A DNA stretch of 64,000 nt from Alphaproteobacteria bacterium (lineage in GTDB: Bacteria > Pseudomonadota > Alphaproteobacteria > GM7ARS4 > G965262615). The notes below the pieces were generated by a model, which was given only the letters and a program-made list of their open reading frames with translations, was not told the DNA's origin and did no database searches. The first letter of the stretch is position 1, and the number at the start of each line of letters is the position of its first letter. A program made the position numbers and the translations under genes. Below are positions 62,132-64,000 of this stretch, one piece after another. Where the stretch lies: positions 1,408,001 through 1,472,000 of the forward strand of contig OZ253545.1 of the NCBI GenBank assembly GCA_965262615.1, written 5' to 3'.

Positions 62132-62821
62132 ATGATGCCCTCCATTGGTCACGCCGCTCTCATTGTCGCCGCGGGCAAAGGCACGCGCTTTGGCAAAGGC
62201 ACTGAGCCCAAGCAGTACTATGTCATCAATGGACGCGCCCTGCTGTGCCATGCGGCGTTGTGTTTGATCAATCACCCCCGCATTGATTATGTTCAGGTGG
62301 TGATTCATCCCGATGATCGCGCGCTGTATGATGAGGCGATGGCGGATGTGTCATTGCCGCCGCCTGTGGATGGCGGGGCGACTCGTCAGCAATCGGTGCA
62401 TCATGGCTTGGAGGCGTTGCGTCATCTCAATCCTGCCAGCGTTTTGGTGCATGACAGTGCGCGCCCCATCGTGCCTCACGCCGTGATTGATCGCCTGCTG
62501 GATGCACTCACGCACCATGATGCCGCCATCCCCTGTCTGCCCATTCATGACACCGTCAAGGAACATCACAATAACAACATCACCGCCACCCTCAACAGAG
62601 AGCATTTGGTGTGCGTGCAAACACCGCAAGCTTTTTCCTATCCCTTACTGCTCAATTGTCATCGCCACGCCACAAGCACCGTCACCGATGATGCCGCCCT
62701 GCTGGAGCAAAGCAAAACAAAGATTGCCCTTGTGGATGGAAGTCGCCATAGTATGAAGGTGACCACCGCCGATGACATCAAGCTGGTGTCATTTTACATG
62801 AAGCAACACGCCCCATCCTAA
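62132..62821 (+). CDS. ispD: 2-C-methyl-D-erythritol 4-phosphate cytidylyltransferase
   Basis: AAGKGTRF, PKQY, HDSARP, QTPQAF, TDDA. Confidence 0.95.
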   Translation: MMPSIGHAALIVAAGKGTRFGKGTEPKQYYVINGRALLCHAALCLINHPRIDYVQVVIHPDDRALYDEAMADVSLPPPVDGGATRQQSVHHGLEALRHLNPASVLVHDSARPIVPHAVIDRLLDALTHHDAAIPCLPIHDTVKEHHNNNITATLNREHLVCVQTPQAFSYPLLLNCHRHATSTVTDDAALLEQSKTKIALVDGSRHSMKVTTADDIKLVSFYMKQHAPS

Positions 62822-63324
62822 TGCCGAGTTATCCCGACATTCGCACCGCCACCGCCTATGATGTTCATCGCTTTGGCGAGGGTGACTCCATTACCTTGTG
62901 TGGCGTGACCATTCCGTTCCATCGGTGTCTGGTGGGTCATTCCGATGCCGATGTGGCACTGCACGCCCTGACGGATGCACTTTTTGGCGCACTGGGTGAT
63001 GGTGATATCGGCACGCATTTCCCCCCCAGCGACCCTCAATGGCAAGGAATGGATTCCATACATTTTTTGCGTCATGCATTGCAACTGATGAAGACCCGCG
63101 GCGGCATTCTCAACCATGCAGATATCACCATTATCTGTGAAGAGCCTCATGTGGGAGCGTGGCGCAAAGCAATGGTGACCCAATTGGAAAAGGCACTGGA
63201 TTTGCCCGCTCAGCGCATCGGACTCAAAGCCACCACCAGCGAAGGCTTGGGATTCACTGGACGCAAAGAAGGCATCGCCGCTTTGGCGCAAGTGACCCTC
63301 ATATTTCCATCCGATGAGACTTAA
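62821..63324 (+). CDS. ispF: 2-C-methyl-D-erythritol 2,4-cyclodiphosphate synthase
   Basis: YDVH, HSDADV.LHA, GDIG.HFP, KATTSE. Confidence 0.96.
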   Translation: MPSYPDIRTATAYDVHRFGEGDSITLCGVTIPFHRCLVGHSDADVALHALTDALFGALGDGDIGTHFPPSDPQWQGMDSIHFLRHALQLMKTRGGILNHADITIICEEPHVGAWRKAMVTQLEKALDLPAQRIGLKATTSEGLGFTGRKEGIAALAQVTLIFPSDET

Positions 63325-63799
63325 CGCACATCCCTCATTGCCTCTTGCCAGTGCGTGGGGCTGTGGCTTGTTTCCCTTTGCTTCGGGCACTTTCACCTGT
63401 GCCATGATGACGGTCATCGCCCTGTTGCTGGCGGCACTGTTGCCATCATCATGGCTCATGGTGCTGTGGCTGAGCGTGGCATTTTTTTGCACCGTTCTCG
63501 GACTGCGCGCCACCCGCCACCTGCTGACAAGCCATGTCGTCTCCCACAAAAATGACGACCCCTCTTTTGTGGTGATTGATGAGTGCGCTGGACAGGCTCT
63601 TGTTTTTGCCGCCGCCAGCACCCAGCTGGAGACCATCGCCGCTTTTTTTCTCTTTCGCTTTTTTGACATCAGCAAACTGCCCCCCGTCAATCTATTGGAA
63701 CGCCTGCCCGCCGAGTGGGGTGTCATGATGGATGATGTGATGGCGGGCATCTATGGTGTTGCCGCTTTGCTTATTGCCTCTGCTTATGGACTCTGGTGA
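63314..63799 (+). CDS. pgpA: Phosphatidylglycerophosphatase A
   Basis: ASGT, DPSFVVIDE, FRFFDI.K, GVMMDD..AG. Confidence 0.93.
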   Translation: MRLNAHPSLPLASAWGCGLFPFASGTFTCAMMTVIALLLAALLPSSWLMVLWLSVAFFCTVLGLRATRHLLTSHVVSHKNDDPSFVVIDECAGQALVFAAASTQLETIAAFFLFRFFDISKLPPVNLLERLPAEWGVMMDDVMAGIYGVAALLIASAYGLW

Positions 63800-64000
63800 G
63801 CTGGCACAATTATTGATGACTTCCTGTCGCCGCAAGGCTCTCACCTTCGGCACGGCGGAATCCTGCACCGGCGGCATGATCGCCAGCCTTCTCACCGACA
63901 TGGCGGGGGCATCAACATTTTATCGCGGCTCCATCATCTGTTATCACAATGACATCAAACGCGATCTTTTGCACATTGATGAAAACATCTTGCACACCCA
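63786..64000 (+). CDS. CinA/PncC-family protein (runs off the window edge)
   Basis: Manual translation MDSGELAQ...TAESCTGGMIA...GAS...Y.N..K. Confidence 0.88.
   Translation, partial: MDSGELAQLLMTSCRRKALTFGTAESCTGGMIASLLTDMAGASTFYRGSIICYHNDIKRDLLHIDENILHT

Overview
Chromosomal window from an alphaproteobacterium, probably host-associated (taxon inferred from gene content: rpoH-rluA, coq7, cytochrome c2, dapD-argB-yidC-yidD-rnpA-rpmH, ispD-ispF-pgpA-cinA). Housekeeping genes are interrupted by a defence-rich zone at about 10.7-38.4 kb. It holds a DarT-macrodomain fusion, an XRE/IrrE + DUF4411 pair, a GmrSD-like gene, type III and type I restriction-modification (RM) loci, a Dcm + GHKL-HEPN pair and an ABC-ATPase + PIN pair. 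Several of these modules are stacked behind duplicated copies of the gloA 3' end or of tRNA-Pro/tRNA-Ser. The right half carries three anchor-only YadA-like genes, a partial type III secretion (T3SS) locus translationally coupled to a TssM/IcmF-like gene, a Panacea toxin-antitoxin pair, and a Tyr-motif-rich candidate effector. The strongest unexplained signal is at 56.15-56.97 kb: three 274-bp units, each with a promoter-like element and an approximately 130-nt RNA. The RNA's stems, GNRA tetraloop and loop-loop pairing are kept by compensatory changes, and the array lies upstream of a thermonuclease gene. All calls come from reading motifs by eye; no database searches were run.
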